Of a DNA stretch of 64,000 bases, positions 29,460 through 39,800 are shown piece by piece. Source of the DNA: a virus; the IMG/VR virus record IMGVR_UViG_3300027969_000052, positions 32,001-96,000 of that record. One strand, given 5' to 3'. Every line of letters begins with the position of its first letter. Positions within the stretch are counted from its first letter, which is position 1. Position numbers and translations under genes: made by a program. Under the pieces are notes generated by a model. The model saw only the letters and a list, made by a program, of their open reading frames with translations, had not been told where the DNA came from and ran no database searches.

Positions 29460-32400
29460 TTAACGACTTAGAGTGGTTCTATGCACCTTAATGATCATGC
29501 TAGTTGGAACATAATTTGGAGTAAATCTTAACTGGATATCACTGCCGTTTAGGGCGGCTTCAAAATCTCCTAGATCTCCAAAGTTACTGCTCATGCCGTA
29601 TTCTTGTATATAAACTCCGCCAATTGTATCGTGATAGATAATTAGCTCTGTTACATACATTCTGTTGGCTTGTCCGCCCGCAGTATTATCAACAACCTGT
29701 ATAAAGTACTTGGCAGATTGGTAAGTTCCTGTGGCAAAAGTATCTAAGTTTACTACAGTTTGCGATGTAATTGCAGAACTTGTATATGTAAGAATTTGGC
29801 TATTTCCAACATACATTGTGTTAGCATTAACATCCAAGTATCCGTCAATATTAACATCACCTGCAATTCCAACACCGCCAGCAACTTGTAAGGCGCCGCT
29901 TGTTGCGTTTGTACTTACGCTTGTATCAGCAATCTTTACTTTTCCGTTAGCAACATACAAGCTCCAAGCATTAGATACTGTAGCACTTCCACCAGCTGTT
30001 GGTGCTCCTGCTACTGTAACTGTTGCCGCGTTAGTGTAGTTTACGCTATTTGTTGAACTAATTACCGGAGCACCAAATGCGCTTACATACGTTAGTGCTA
30101 CAACGCCATTGCTTGAATTATCTGTATATGTAGCGGCTGGCACTGATAATGCAATACCAGTAGTGCCCCAGGCGCCCGATGTTACGTCCCCGCTTCGAGT
30201 AATAGTACCTGTAGAAACAAAACTTCCGCCATTGATGCTGTTTACAGCGTAAATTGCACCGCCGACGCCTACTCCGCCCTTAACAGTTAGCGCACCAAAT
30301 GCAGTACCTGTACTTTGAGTTGAGTCGTATACGCCTGATTTTGGAAGTTGTAATGTTCCGGCAACAACCGTTGCAGTTAATCCACCAATGTCAATAGTGC
30401 TTGAACTAACAAACAATGTACCCCAACGTTTAGATGCACTACCGATATTGTAAGCACCGTCAACTGCGGGAGTCAAGTGGCCGTTCATTATTGTGTTTGC
30501 ACCTACTGCTAATCCACCGTCAATTACTACTGCGGCCGATGTTGTGGTAGTTGCTGTTGTAGCGTTTGCTACTCTTACAATTCCGTTAATTAATGCACCG
30601 CCTGCTAATGTTACAGAGCTTGTGCCTGTTGTGTTAACCGTAATGCCATTTGCGTTGAATACTGTTGTAGTATTGCTTGCAATAACAACGTCTATATGGC
30701 GATCAATGCCTGCGTTATAAACAGTAATGCTAGATGTACTAACAAAAATTGCAGGAGGATCTAATCCCTCGTATCCATCTTGGCCAACAATTTTTCCACC
30801 CACATATAATTTCTTACCAATACCAACACCGCCTAGGACTTGTAAGGCGCCGCTAAATGTATTATTAGCTAGTGTTGTGTTGTCTAAGAAAATTTGTTGA
30901 TCTGTTGTGTTTCCTCTTACAGTAATCGACTGTAATGTACTTGTATTCCATACAGTAATTGCTCCAGTAGCCGCGCTTACTGCTGTATCTGTGCCCGCTG
31001 TTAAGGCTGTTACACCTGAGTTAATTAAGAATACAGAACCTGTTGATGTAGTGGCTGTAATACCATCACCGATTGTTCCAAGACTGTAAACACCCAGGTT
31101 AGTAATAATAACAGAACCAGTAGTTTGGTTTACACCAATACCTGATCCAGCTGACGCACTTGTAACACCTAAGTTAATTAAAGTCACACTTCCTGTGCTG
31201 GTTGAAGCACGTAAACCGGGACCGCTTGTAGCTAAATTTACAACACCAATGTTTGTAACTGTTGTAACACCGCTTGTTCCTGTGTTTATAATTTTAATAC
31301 CTTCACCAGCATCTAGATTTAGAATACCTGTGTTGGTCATTGTGATTGTTACACCATTGGTTGCTGTAGTAACTGCTCCAGATAATCCGGGACCAGTTAC
31401 TAAGTGAATATCTGTTGTAACCTTACGGCCATTAACATAAAAATCGCTAGCGTTAACTACGCCGCCGACCCATAAATCTCCGCCAATACCTGCACCACCA
31501 TCATGAATGATCAATGCACCTGTTAATGTACTAGTTGCGCTAGTGCCGTTTGTAATAACAACTGGGTTATAAACTTCGCCGCCGTTGTATGCTGTAGCTG
31601 TTGTTAAAACATATCCACGGACAATAACATCTCCGTCTACATAAACGTTCTTGCCAACACCAATGCCTCCGGCTACTGTTAGTGCGCCTGTTACTGTAGA
31701 AATTGCATTTTGAAGATCGTTCATGCGTACACGGCCGTCAAACCAAGTGTATCCTCCAGCATAAATGCCACCAGTAACCTGCAAGTCACCTGTGCCTACA
31801 CCGCTCGAAGCTAATCCGCCTTGAAGTTCTAGTCCAGCAAATACGGCGCCGCCAAGTGTGCCTGTTGATCCGAACGGATTTGGAACATCAGTAACGCCGC
31901 CTGGCCAAATGTTTGTACGATAAGTTAGTTTACCGCTAGTATTAACGCGACCCAAAAATGCGTGAGCATCTGTATTAATATTTGCGCCGCTGTTATAATG
32001 GATTAGTAAACCTCTATCAAATCCATCGTTAACTAACAACGGAACATTATTAATTCCAGTACCAACATCAATTACAGGATCTACTACTGTTAATTGTTGA
32101 GAGTTTACGTAGGTATACGTTCCAGCAACTGTTAGACTTCCGGTTAATAATGTGTTTCCAGTTACATTTAAATCAACAAACGTACCTGTGCTTCCAAAGA
32201 ATGTTGAACTACCAGCACTTAATGTTCCTGTAATTGTTACATTATTAAAATTAGAAGTACCGTCAACTGTTAATGCTGATGTGCCTGTGTTTGTTATGTG
32301 AATTCCGTTTGGAGTAGTTGCTCCGCGCCCTGTTACAGTTTCTAGTGTGCTAGTATTCCAAATTACAATATTACTTGTTGTGCTAGATACCGCAGTATCG

Positions 32401-35400
32401 GTGCCTGCTGTTAGGCTTGTTACACCTAAGTTGAATACTGTTACACTTCCTGTACTTGTTGAGAAACCAATACCTTGTGTTGGAGTTAGGCTAGTTACAC
32501 CGACGTTGCTGATCGTAACAATCCCAGTGCTTTGATCAATATTGATGCCTGTGCCAGCTAATGCTTGAATCACTCCACTATTGCTAATTGTAATAGTCGC
32601 TGTTGGGCCCCCGGCAATAGCAGGATTAGATGTAATACCTGAACCTGCAACTATTTCAACAAAACTTACAACACGATTTCCAGTGTCGTATACACCCTGA
32701 GCTTTGATGTCGCCAGTAATTTGTACGCCACCTTTAACTCCTAAGCCGCCATCAATGCTTAACGCATTGTTTAAGTAATTTGTTGCAGAAGTAGCAGATG
32801 ACGCAATGTGTACCTTACCTTCATTAACCCAAATAGCATAAGCGTCACTGATTGTAGTGTTTGCACCTGCCTTAGGAGCATTTTCAATGTATAAGGTCTG
32901 TGCTCGATTGTATGTAACACCAAGCGGACCTTTAAATGTTGGTTGTCCAACATAGATCATCTGCGTATTTGTATAATTTCCAAATCCTGTATTATCAGTA
33001 AATGTTGCGCTACCTAAATTTAATGCAACACCTTGATTGCCCCACGAAGGCTGTGTTATATCGTTGCTACGATCAATTGTATGGCCAACATATAAGTTTT
33101 TGCCGATACCAACACCGCCAAGAGTAACAATAGCACCAGTATCTGTACTGATTGCATCAATATCAGAGTTTACTGTTAAACCGGTTGTGTTTAATGTGCT
33201 AGTTGTGTACCCAATTTGCAATGGATATATAATTGTTCCGCCGTTAAATCCTGTGGGAGTTGCTGTTGTAAGTACTTGGGATCCGTTAACAAACAAGTTG
33301 CCCATGAAACCCGTGCCGCCAACCCACAAATCTTTTCCAATACCAGCTCCGCCGTAGGCTACAATAGCACCAGTAGTTGTGCTAATAGAATTTGTAGTGT
33401 TTGTTTCTAATACTGGCTGAGTAATTGTGCCGCCATCAAATAAGATTGTTTGGCCGTTTTGTGTGTAGATATTTCTTACATACAAGTCACCCTGGATGCC
33501 AACTCCGCCTACTACTTGTAGGGCACCTGTTGTTGTGCTTGTAGCCGCTGTTCCGTTTGCAATCTTAACGGGACCGTTAATTTGTGCGCCACCGCTTATT
33601 CCTAATCCACCGCTAACTAATACGCCACCAGTTGTTGGACTACTTGTTGCAGTACCATTGCCAAATTTAACAATACCAGCAAAGTAAGAATCACCGCCAA
33701 TGCCAATACCGCCAGTTGATACTACTAACGCATGATTAATAGTTTGTGTTGAATTTGCTAATGTGCTTGCAAGAGTAACTTGGCTAGCAAAGTAACTGTT
33801 CTTATTAACACCAATGCCGCCTAATACTTGTAGGTCGCCTGTGTTTGTACTGATGCTTGCAACTCCACCTACTAATCTTAAAGTACCAAATCTAGCTGTA
33901 CCAAAAGTACCAGTGCTGTTGAATGTTGCAGGGAAGAATTGGTCGCCGCCACCTGGGTAAATGTTGGTCTTCCAAATTAATTCACCAGTTGTGTTATCAC
34001 GTCCTAAGAATGCGTGATTATCTGTAACAGATGTTGCGCCGGTATTGTAGTGTAATAACAATCCGCGATCTAAACCATCATTAGTTGATAACGGAGCATT
34101 GCCAATTCCAGTACCAATATCAATTACAGGATCAATAATATATGTGTTTGTACTATCAACAATAGTTTGTGTGCCAAGTACTGTTAGGCCGCCCGTGAAT
34201 ACCGCACTACCATATACCGACAAGTCTTTCTTAACTGCAACTCCGCCTTCGACATAAACAGCATTTTCTTCAAAAATTGCTGTGCTTGATTGTGTTGATG
34301 TAATATGTAGTGCAACAAAAGTAGCAGTAAACGATTTGTTAAATGTTAATTGTCCGCCTAGGTCTAAGTTTCCGCCTATTACAACATCTTTGCCAATACC
34401 GACACCGCCAACAACTGTTAATGCACCAGTAGTTGTACTTGTTGAAGTAGCTGTGCCGCTAATATTAACTTGTTGTGCGTTAATTTGTCCTTGTGCATTT
34501 GCAAAGTTTAAATTTCCGCCTAACCATAAATCTTGTCCAATGCCAACACCGCCTACTACTTGTAGGGCACCTGTTGTTGTGCTTGTTGATGTGGCTGTAC
34601 CACTTACACGAATTTGTTTTGCACGTAAGTCAGCCGACTCACCTGTAAAGATTAAGTTACCACCGATAGTTACATCGTTGCCAACGTTTAAATTTTCTCC
34701 TACGCCAACACCACCAACAACTGTTAATGCTCCTGTTGTTGTACTTGTTGACGTAGCTGTGCCGCTAATGCGAATTCTTGATGCACGGATATCTGCCGCA
34801 TCTCCAGTAAAGACTAAATTGCCACCTAATACTAAATCTTTGCCAATACCGACTCCGCCAGTAACAACTAAAGCACCCGACGTAGTTGAAGTTGAATTTG
34901 TACTTGTTGTAAATAAAACTTGGCCTCTAGCACGGAAATTATTAACAACAAACTCGTCAGCAAGACCACTGAATATTAGTTGGCCACCTAATACTAAATC
35001 TCCGGCAATGCCAACACCGCCATCTACAACTAATGCACCTGTTGTTGTGCTTGTTGAAGTGGCAGTTGAAGTTGAACGAATTTGATTACTTGCACTTAAA
35101 TTTACAAAACGGCCGTCTCTTGGTAACACATTACCAATATCCATATTATCTAATGTGCCTTTTGTGGCAGGATTTACAATAAATGTACCTGCTCCACTAG
35201 GTTGAACATATACTGTTGCGCCAGCTGGACTTAAATTAGCCTGGCTTAGTACGTTAAAACTTCCAGCAATGTTTGTTGCACCACCTACCCATAAATTCTT
35301 TGTAATGCCAACACCGCCAGCAACAGTTAATGCACCGTTACTAGTTGCTGTAGAATCAATAGTTGAGCTAATGTTTAGTAAACTAGTAGCTTCTAAATAT

Positions 35401-36407
35401 GTAAATTTACCAGTTGAAGGATTAAATGCTCCGATTGGAGACAAATCTAAATTCTTATTAATAACTTGTTGAGCCGATACACTATCAACAATTTCATACC
35501 AGCTTAATGGCGATACTTCTAATGTATCAAAAGTTCTATAATTTGTAAAGAATAATCTACCAGCACTAGTTCCGTACAATACAGGAACAACAACGTGATT
35601 TAACTCTCTGGTGGTATCTGCATCAGTTGTTCTTCTTAAAATTGTATTTGTTGGTTTAGTTCCTACAAATATTGCAGAAACAAATTTAGTAGGCGGAGTT
35701 CCTAAAACTGTAGTAGCTGTTAATAAAGAGCTAACGCCAGTGAATGTAGATGCTAACGTAATATTATAAGTTAGTGCATTATCGTCTATAACAGAAAATG
35801 TTGTTCCACTAGACAATCCGGTTAACACTTGTTGCATTGTTGAACTTGCATCTGTAAAATTAATTACAGTTCCGGTCCATGATGAAACATATGAGAAATC
35901 AGTAGAAGTAGTAAATGTATCGTTTGCAAATGTTGCGGTGTTTACATAATAGATACCATTTTCAGCGGAGTTGGTATTGTCTTTAATTAATGTACGATCT
36001 AACCAAGTTAGTCGACGACCGTCAACATAAGTTGTAGAAGTTACAGTATTAACTGCAACGTTAGCAGTTGATGCTACGACTACTTCGCGTTTAAAACCAG
36101 AACCAATAATACCATCAGGAATATTAACAGGACCGTTAAGTGTAATAGTACCAGTACCACTTGGATTTAGGGTTAAATCACCTGTGGTACTTTGAGAAGT
36201 CATACTACCATTATCAAATGCAATATTTCCTAATGTATTTGTAAAGGTTGCAACGCCGTTGGCACCAATAACTAATGTATAACCAGTACCAGAGGTTGGT
36301 GTAAATCCTAACCCAGCCTGTGCTTGGTTAAGCGATATGTAGTTGTTAATTGTGTAATTGGTACCTGCCGAAGCTACTTTTACACGACCGCTGATTAATG
36401 ATGGCAT
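29460..36407 (-). CDS. Long tail fibre (2315 aa), paralogous shaft repeats
   Basis: About 20 TGALxVxGGxG units; two DGxDRGLLxHYN modules; C-terminal DTF...SAKYFIQ...EYG domain. Confidence 0.85.
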   Translation of the reverse strand: MPSLISGRVKVASAGTNYTINNYISLNQAQAGLGFTPTSGTGYTLVIGANGVATFTNTLGNIAFDNGSMTSQSTTGDLTLNPSGTGTITLNGPVNIPDGIIGSGFKREVVVASTANVAVNTVTSTTYVDGRRLTWLDRTLIKDNTNSAENGIYYVNTATFANDTFTTSTDFSYVSSWTGTVINFTDASSTMQQVLTGLSSGTTFSVIDDNALTYNITLASTFTGVSSLLTATTVLGTPPTKFVSAIFVGTKPTNTILRRTTDADTTRELNHVVVPVLYGTSAGRLFFTNYRTFDTLEVSPLSWYEIVDSVSAQQVINKNLDLSPIGAFNPSTGKFTYLEATSLLNISSTIDSTATSNGALTVAGGVGITKNLWVGGATNIAGSFNVLSQANLSPAGATVYVQPSGAGTFIVNPATKGTLDNMDIGNVLPRDGRFVNLSASNQIRSTSTATSTSTTTGALVVDGGVGIAGDLVLGGQLIFSGLADEFVVNNFRARGQVLFTTSTNSTSTTSGALVVTGGVGIGKDLVLGGNLVFTGDAADIRASRIRISGTATSTSTTTGALTVVGGVGVGENLNVGNDVTIGGNLIFTGESADLRAKQIRVSGTATSTSTTTGALQVVGGVGIGQDLWLGGNLNFANAQGQINAQQVNISGTATSTSTTTGALTVVGGVGIGKDVVIGGNLDLGGQLTFNKSFTATFVALHITSTQSSTAIFEENAVYVEGGVAVKKDLSVYGSAVFTGGLTVLGTQTIVDSTNTYIIDPVIDIGTGIGNAPLSTNDGLDRGLLLHYNTGATSVTDNHAFLGRDNTTGELIWKTNIYPGGGDQFFPATFNSTGTFGTARFGTLRLVGGVASISTNTGDLQVLGGIGVNKNSYFASQVTLASTLANSTQTINHALVVSTGGIGIGGDSYFAGIVKFGNGTATSSPTTGGVLVSGGLGISGGAQINGPVKIANGTAATSTTTGALQVVGGVGIQGDLYVRNIYTQNGQTILFDGGTITQPVLETNTTNSISTTTGAIVAYGGAGIGKDLWVGGTGFMGNLFVNGSQVLTTATPTGFNGGTIIYPLQIGYTTSTLNTTGLTVNSDIDAISTDTGAIVTLGGVGIGKNLYVGHTIDRSNDITQPSWGNQGVALNLGSATFTDNTGFGNYTNTQMIYVGQPTFKGPLGVTYNRAQTLYIENAPKAGANTTISDAYAIWVNEGKVHIASSATSATNYLNNALSIDGGLGVKGGVQITGDIKAQGVYDTGNRVVSFVEIVAGSGITSNPAIAGGPTATITISNSGVIQALAGTGINIDQSTGIVTISNVGVTSLTPTQGIGFSTSTGSVTVFNLGVTSLTAGTDTAVSSTTSNIVIWNTSTLETVTGRGATTPNGIHITNTGTSALTVDGTSNFNNVTITGTLSAGSSTFFGSTGTFVDLNVTGNTLLTGSLTVAGTYTYVNSQQLTVVDPVIDVGTGINNVPLLVNDGFDRGLLIHYNSGANINTDAHAFLGRVNTSGKLTYRTNIWPGGVTDVPNPFGSTGTLGGAVFAGLELQGGLASSGVGTGDLQVTGGIYAGGYTWFDGRVRMNDLQNAISTVTGALTVAGGIGVGKNVYVDGDVIVRGYVLTTATAYNGGEVYNPVVITNGTSATSTLTGALIIHDGGAGIGGDLWVGGVVNASDFYVNGRKVTTDIHLVTGPGLSGAVTTATNGVTITMTNTGILNLDAGEGIKIINTGTSGVTTVTNIGVVNLATSGPGLRASTSTGSVTLINLGVTSASAGSGIGVNQTTGSVIITNLGVYSLGTIGDGITATTSTGSVFLINSGVTALTAGTDTAVSAATGAITVWNTSTLQSITVRGNTTDQQIFLDNTTLANNTFSGALQVLGGVGIGKKLYVGGKIVGQDGYEGLDPPAIFVSTSSITVYNAGIDRHIDVVIASNTTTVFNANGITVNTTGTSSVTLAGGALINGIVRVANATTATTTTSAAVVIDGGLAVGANTIMNGHLTPAVDGAYNIGSASKRWGTLFVSSSTIDIGGLTATVVAGTLQLPKSGVYDSTQSTGTAFGALTVKGGVGVGGAIYAVNSINGGSFVSTGTITRSGDVTSGAWGTTGIALSVPAATYTDNSSNGVVALTYVSAFGAPVISSTNSVNYTNAATVTVAGAPTAGGSATVSNAWSLYVANGKVKIADTSVSTNATSGALQVAGGVGIAGDVNIDGYLDVNANTMYVGNSQILTYTSSAITSQTVVNLDTFATGTYQSAKYFIQVVDNTAGGQANRMYVTELIIYHDTIGGVYIQEYGMSSNFGDLGDFEAALNGSDIQLRFTPNYVPTSMIIKVHRTTLSR
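33505..34586. repeat. 38-bp exact direct repeat inside the fibre gene (33505-33542 and 34549-34586)
   Basis: ccgcctactacttgtagggcacctgttgttgtgcttgt occurs twice; a shorter core recurs near 16470. Confidence 0.85.
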
Positions 36408-36419
36408 TGTTATTTCCTA

Positions 36420-36806
36420 TTATGCATTCGCTGTTTCTAAGATACTCATTGTTAGTTTTAATGTTCCTTCAACAGTACCATATGCTCTTACACTATCAAG
36501 ACTTTCGATAATCATTTTGCCAACTAACATATTGCCAGCATCGCTTGGCGGAATTTCAAAGTTTTTAACTAACTCGGTTGTTACATTCCCTGCCTGCCCC
36601 CCGTTACCCTGTGCATCTGCAAGTACTGGCAAGTTTCGATGATGTGCAAAAGTAACACTAGCATTTGTACCAGTAGAAATATTAGCCACGTTGGCCATTA
36701 GCACAATTGAAGTGACTCCGACCGGTGCTGTATAAACTGTTGCGTTTGTTTGTGTTGTTAAGACAAATGTCTTTGTCTTAAACGTGTTTAATGGAATTAG
36801 TGCCAT
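36420..36806 (-). CDS. Small beta-rich virion protein
   Basis: TVYTAPVGVTSIVLMANVAN; similar pattern to 47445-47774. Confidence 0.65.
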   Translation of the reverse strand: MALIPLNTFKTKTFVLTTQTNATVYTAPVGVTSIVLMANVANISTGTNASVTFAHHRNLPVLADAQGNGGQAGNVTTELVKNFEIPPSDAGNMLVGKMIIESLDSVRAYGTVEGTLKLTMSILETANA

Positions 36807-36821
36807 TTTGTATTTTCCTTA

Positions 36822-39800
36822 TTATCCTTCAATTGCCAAGATGAACGGTGTCAAGTTAGCAAACAATGACTTAGTAAACGTACGGCCTGATAACACACCA
36901 GTTGCCTGACTAATTACCAATCCCGGACCAATACGGAAGTCACCGTTTTGGTCAGTTGATGTAAAGAACACCTTACCGTTATTCAATTGAATAACTTCTC
37001 TTTCCTGTCTTGGATCTGCTCGACCTATTTGCGGCAATGCGCCGTAGTTAGAACCTGCACCAACATACTCAAACAAATAACCAGATGCAGACATATAAGC
37101 ACGTCTATAGAAATTAATATTTGCTTTATCGGGGAACAATGCCGCATCTGCAACGTTATCTTCTAATGTTACGTAATGATGAGTTTCTGTAATAGCATAA
37201 TAACTCTTACCGCAAAGTACTGTGTTATAGTTACCGCCGCTGATTAAATCGGCCGCTAGCGCATCTATTACGTAACCAACATCACGTTTACATAAGGCTT
37301 GGTTATATTCAAATCCGTTATACTTTCCGTCAATGTACGTAATTACTTGATTAATTAACGAAGTTGCTTGAGTTGCTATAATATTTTTAACGTTTAGTAG
37401 CGTTGCTCCGTATCCGCTTGTGCTTGGATATTCTATCGCAGGTGCAACTGATGTCCCGTTTGCAACAATATCAGTTAAGATAGCAGTTAACGCTGTTAGT
37501 CTTGGATGTGCATTAGCTCCGTCGGGTGCAGAGCCGTTAGTAAATTGTGTATATGTATTTTGATAGCTAACTGCTGGAGCAGTATTTGTTGATACATTTT
37601 TCATTAATGTTAACAAATAATTAAATGCGCCCACGGTCTGCGGAATTTCTCCTGGAATCAATGTGCTTCCAGTTGAATCGAAATATACTAGACCAGCATC
37701 AACAGTCTGCCAATTTCCGCCATATGTTAAATCGTAAATTAAACTATGGATAACGTAGTCCAAATCTCTCTTGCACTTGTCTTGATTATATGTAAACACA
37801 GTATATGTTTCATTAATAAAAGTAATTGCTTCAGTTGCAATTAAAACTTTTGCAGATTGAATTGCTGTTCTTGCTGTTTTTTGACTTGTTGTTGCCCAAG
37901 TATAGCTAGGTTCTATAATAATTGGAACTGCATTAACACCGTCTTGAACAATAGTAGCCATGTCGCTGATTAGATCGGCAATTGTCGTGAGTGCTACAGA
38001 TCCTTGACCTAACCCATTATCACTAAATCGTGTAACACCGTTTTGATAACTTACGACCGGTGCTAGGTTTTGTACAACTCGAGCCGCAATAGTATTGATA
38101 TAGTTAATGCCAACAATAGTTTCTGCTACTTCTCCAGGATTTACACGAACATTGTTGTTGGCGCTATTAAAGTACTGAAGTGCCGCATCAACCGACATGC
38201 TGTTGCCGCCGTATGTTAAGTCATAGATTAGAGCATCTAATAAGAATCCAACATCTCGTTTGCATTTATCTCTGTCATATACTAATGAAGGATATGTTAC
38301 ATGGATATATGCTTCAACTTCTGCCTGGATATATGCTTTATTTCCTTGCAATAACTGACTTGCACTAGAAACTCCGGTTGCTGTTCCTGGAGGAATAGTG
38401 TAGGTCACTGTCGGGCTTGCACTTAAACCGGTTTGAATGATGCTTGCAATATTGGCAAAATCATTAGTTACTGTTTGTGTAGCAGTAGTACTACTCTGTA
38501 CTGCATTTAATCCCAAAATATATTCTTTAACAAAATTAAATGCGGCCAGTGTTTCTGGTTTTTCATCGTTAAGAACATTATCAGCATTACCGCGATAGTA
38601 AGCCTGTCCAGATTTAATTGAACGATAGTTTGTTCCTAAAACAATATCCCACTCAACACCGTCGATGATGTATCCGATATCGCGTTTACATTTTGTTTCG
38701 CTGTAGGTAAAGATTGGATATGTTGCATTAATCCAACCAATAGTTTCTTCCTTGATAAAGTCAAGGTTATTTAGGATTAACGATTTTCCATTAGCAATGC
38801 CTGTATCAAATCCCGAAGGGTTTGGCATATTATAAGCAGGTGCTGTATTGCCACTGATGATATTATTGATATTAATACCGTCAACGTTAATTATAGAAAT
38901 TGCTTGAGTAACTGTACTAATTCCGCTTAACTGGTTTGTAAGAGCAGATAGTTTTGAAATAGCATCAATTGTTTGTGCTTTTTCTGTCTCTAAGACATAT
39001 TGACTACCTGGAACATTTCTCAAGTATGCATTTCCGCACTTGATAGATTGATAGTTACTTTGGAATAATGCATCCCAAGCAAACCCGTCTAGAATATAAC
39101 CTAGGTCTCTGCGACAAGTTGCATGGTCGTAAATAAAATATTGGCTATTAATATATTCAATTATTTCTGCTTGTACAAATGTCTTATTAGCTAGCAATAA
39201 TGCGGCCGCATCGCTTGCGCCAGGTGCAACAATTCCTTCTTTAGTTGTTGCTGGCACAGCATTTAAACCATTAGAAATGATATCTTCTAATGTTTGGAAT
39301 AGTTCTCCAATTTTAATTGTTGCTTGGGCGCCTTTGCTTAATGCAATATTTGTTACTTGTGTTGCAGTTGTTTGTAATGCATTGACTAAGGTATTACTTA
39401 CAATACTTGTAGTCAACGTGTTTAGGTATTGCAATGCTTGAATTTCTTCAGCGCCTTGATCATTACCTTGAGCAGTTGCACTAGATCCTAACTTAAATGT
39501 GCCTGGAGTAATTGGGTCTGGAGCTAATTCACTTGAACGAACGGTGTAATATGCATTGCCAGCAACATACATTGTAAAGTAGTTAACATTTGTAGAGTCG
39601 CCACCGCCTGCTGAGATACTATCGCTTAATGTAATAGCTTTAAAGTTTACATCTGTAATGATAGTGTCTTCTGGAATATAACGAGTTCCATTAATATCAG
39701 TGTAAGAACCGTATTGATCACGTGCATAAATCTTTTGACCAATAACAATACCTTCTGTATCAATGCCGTTAATTGTCACACTACCTGTAGTCAGTGTGCT

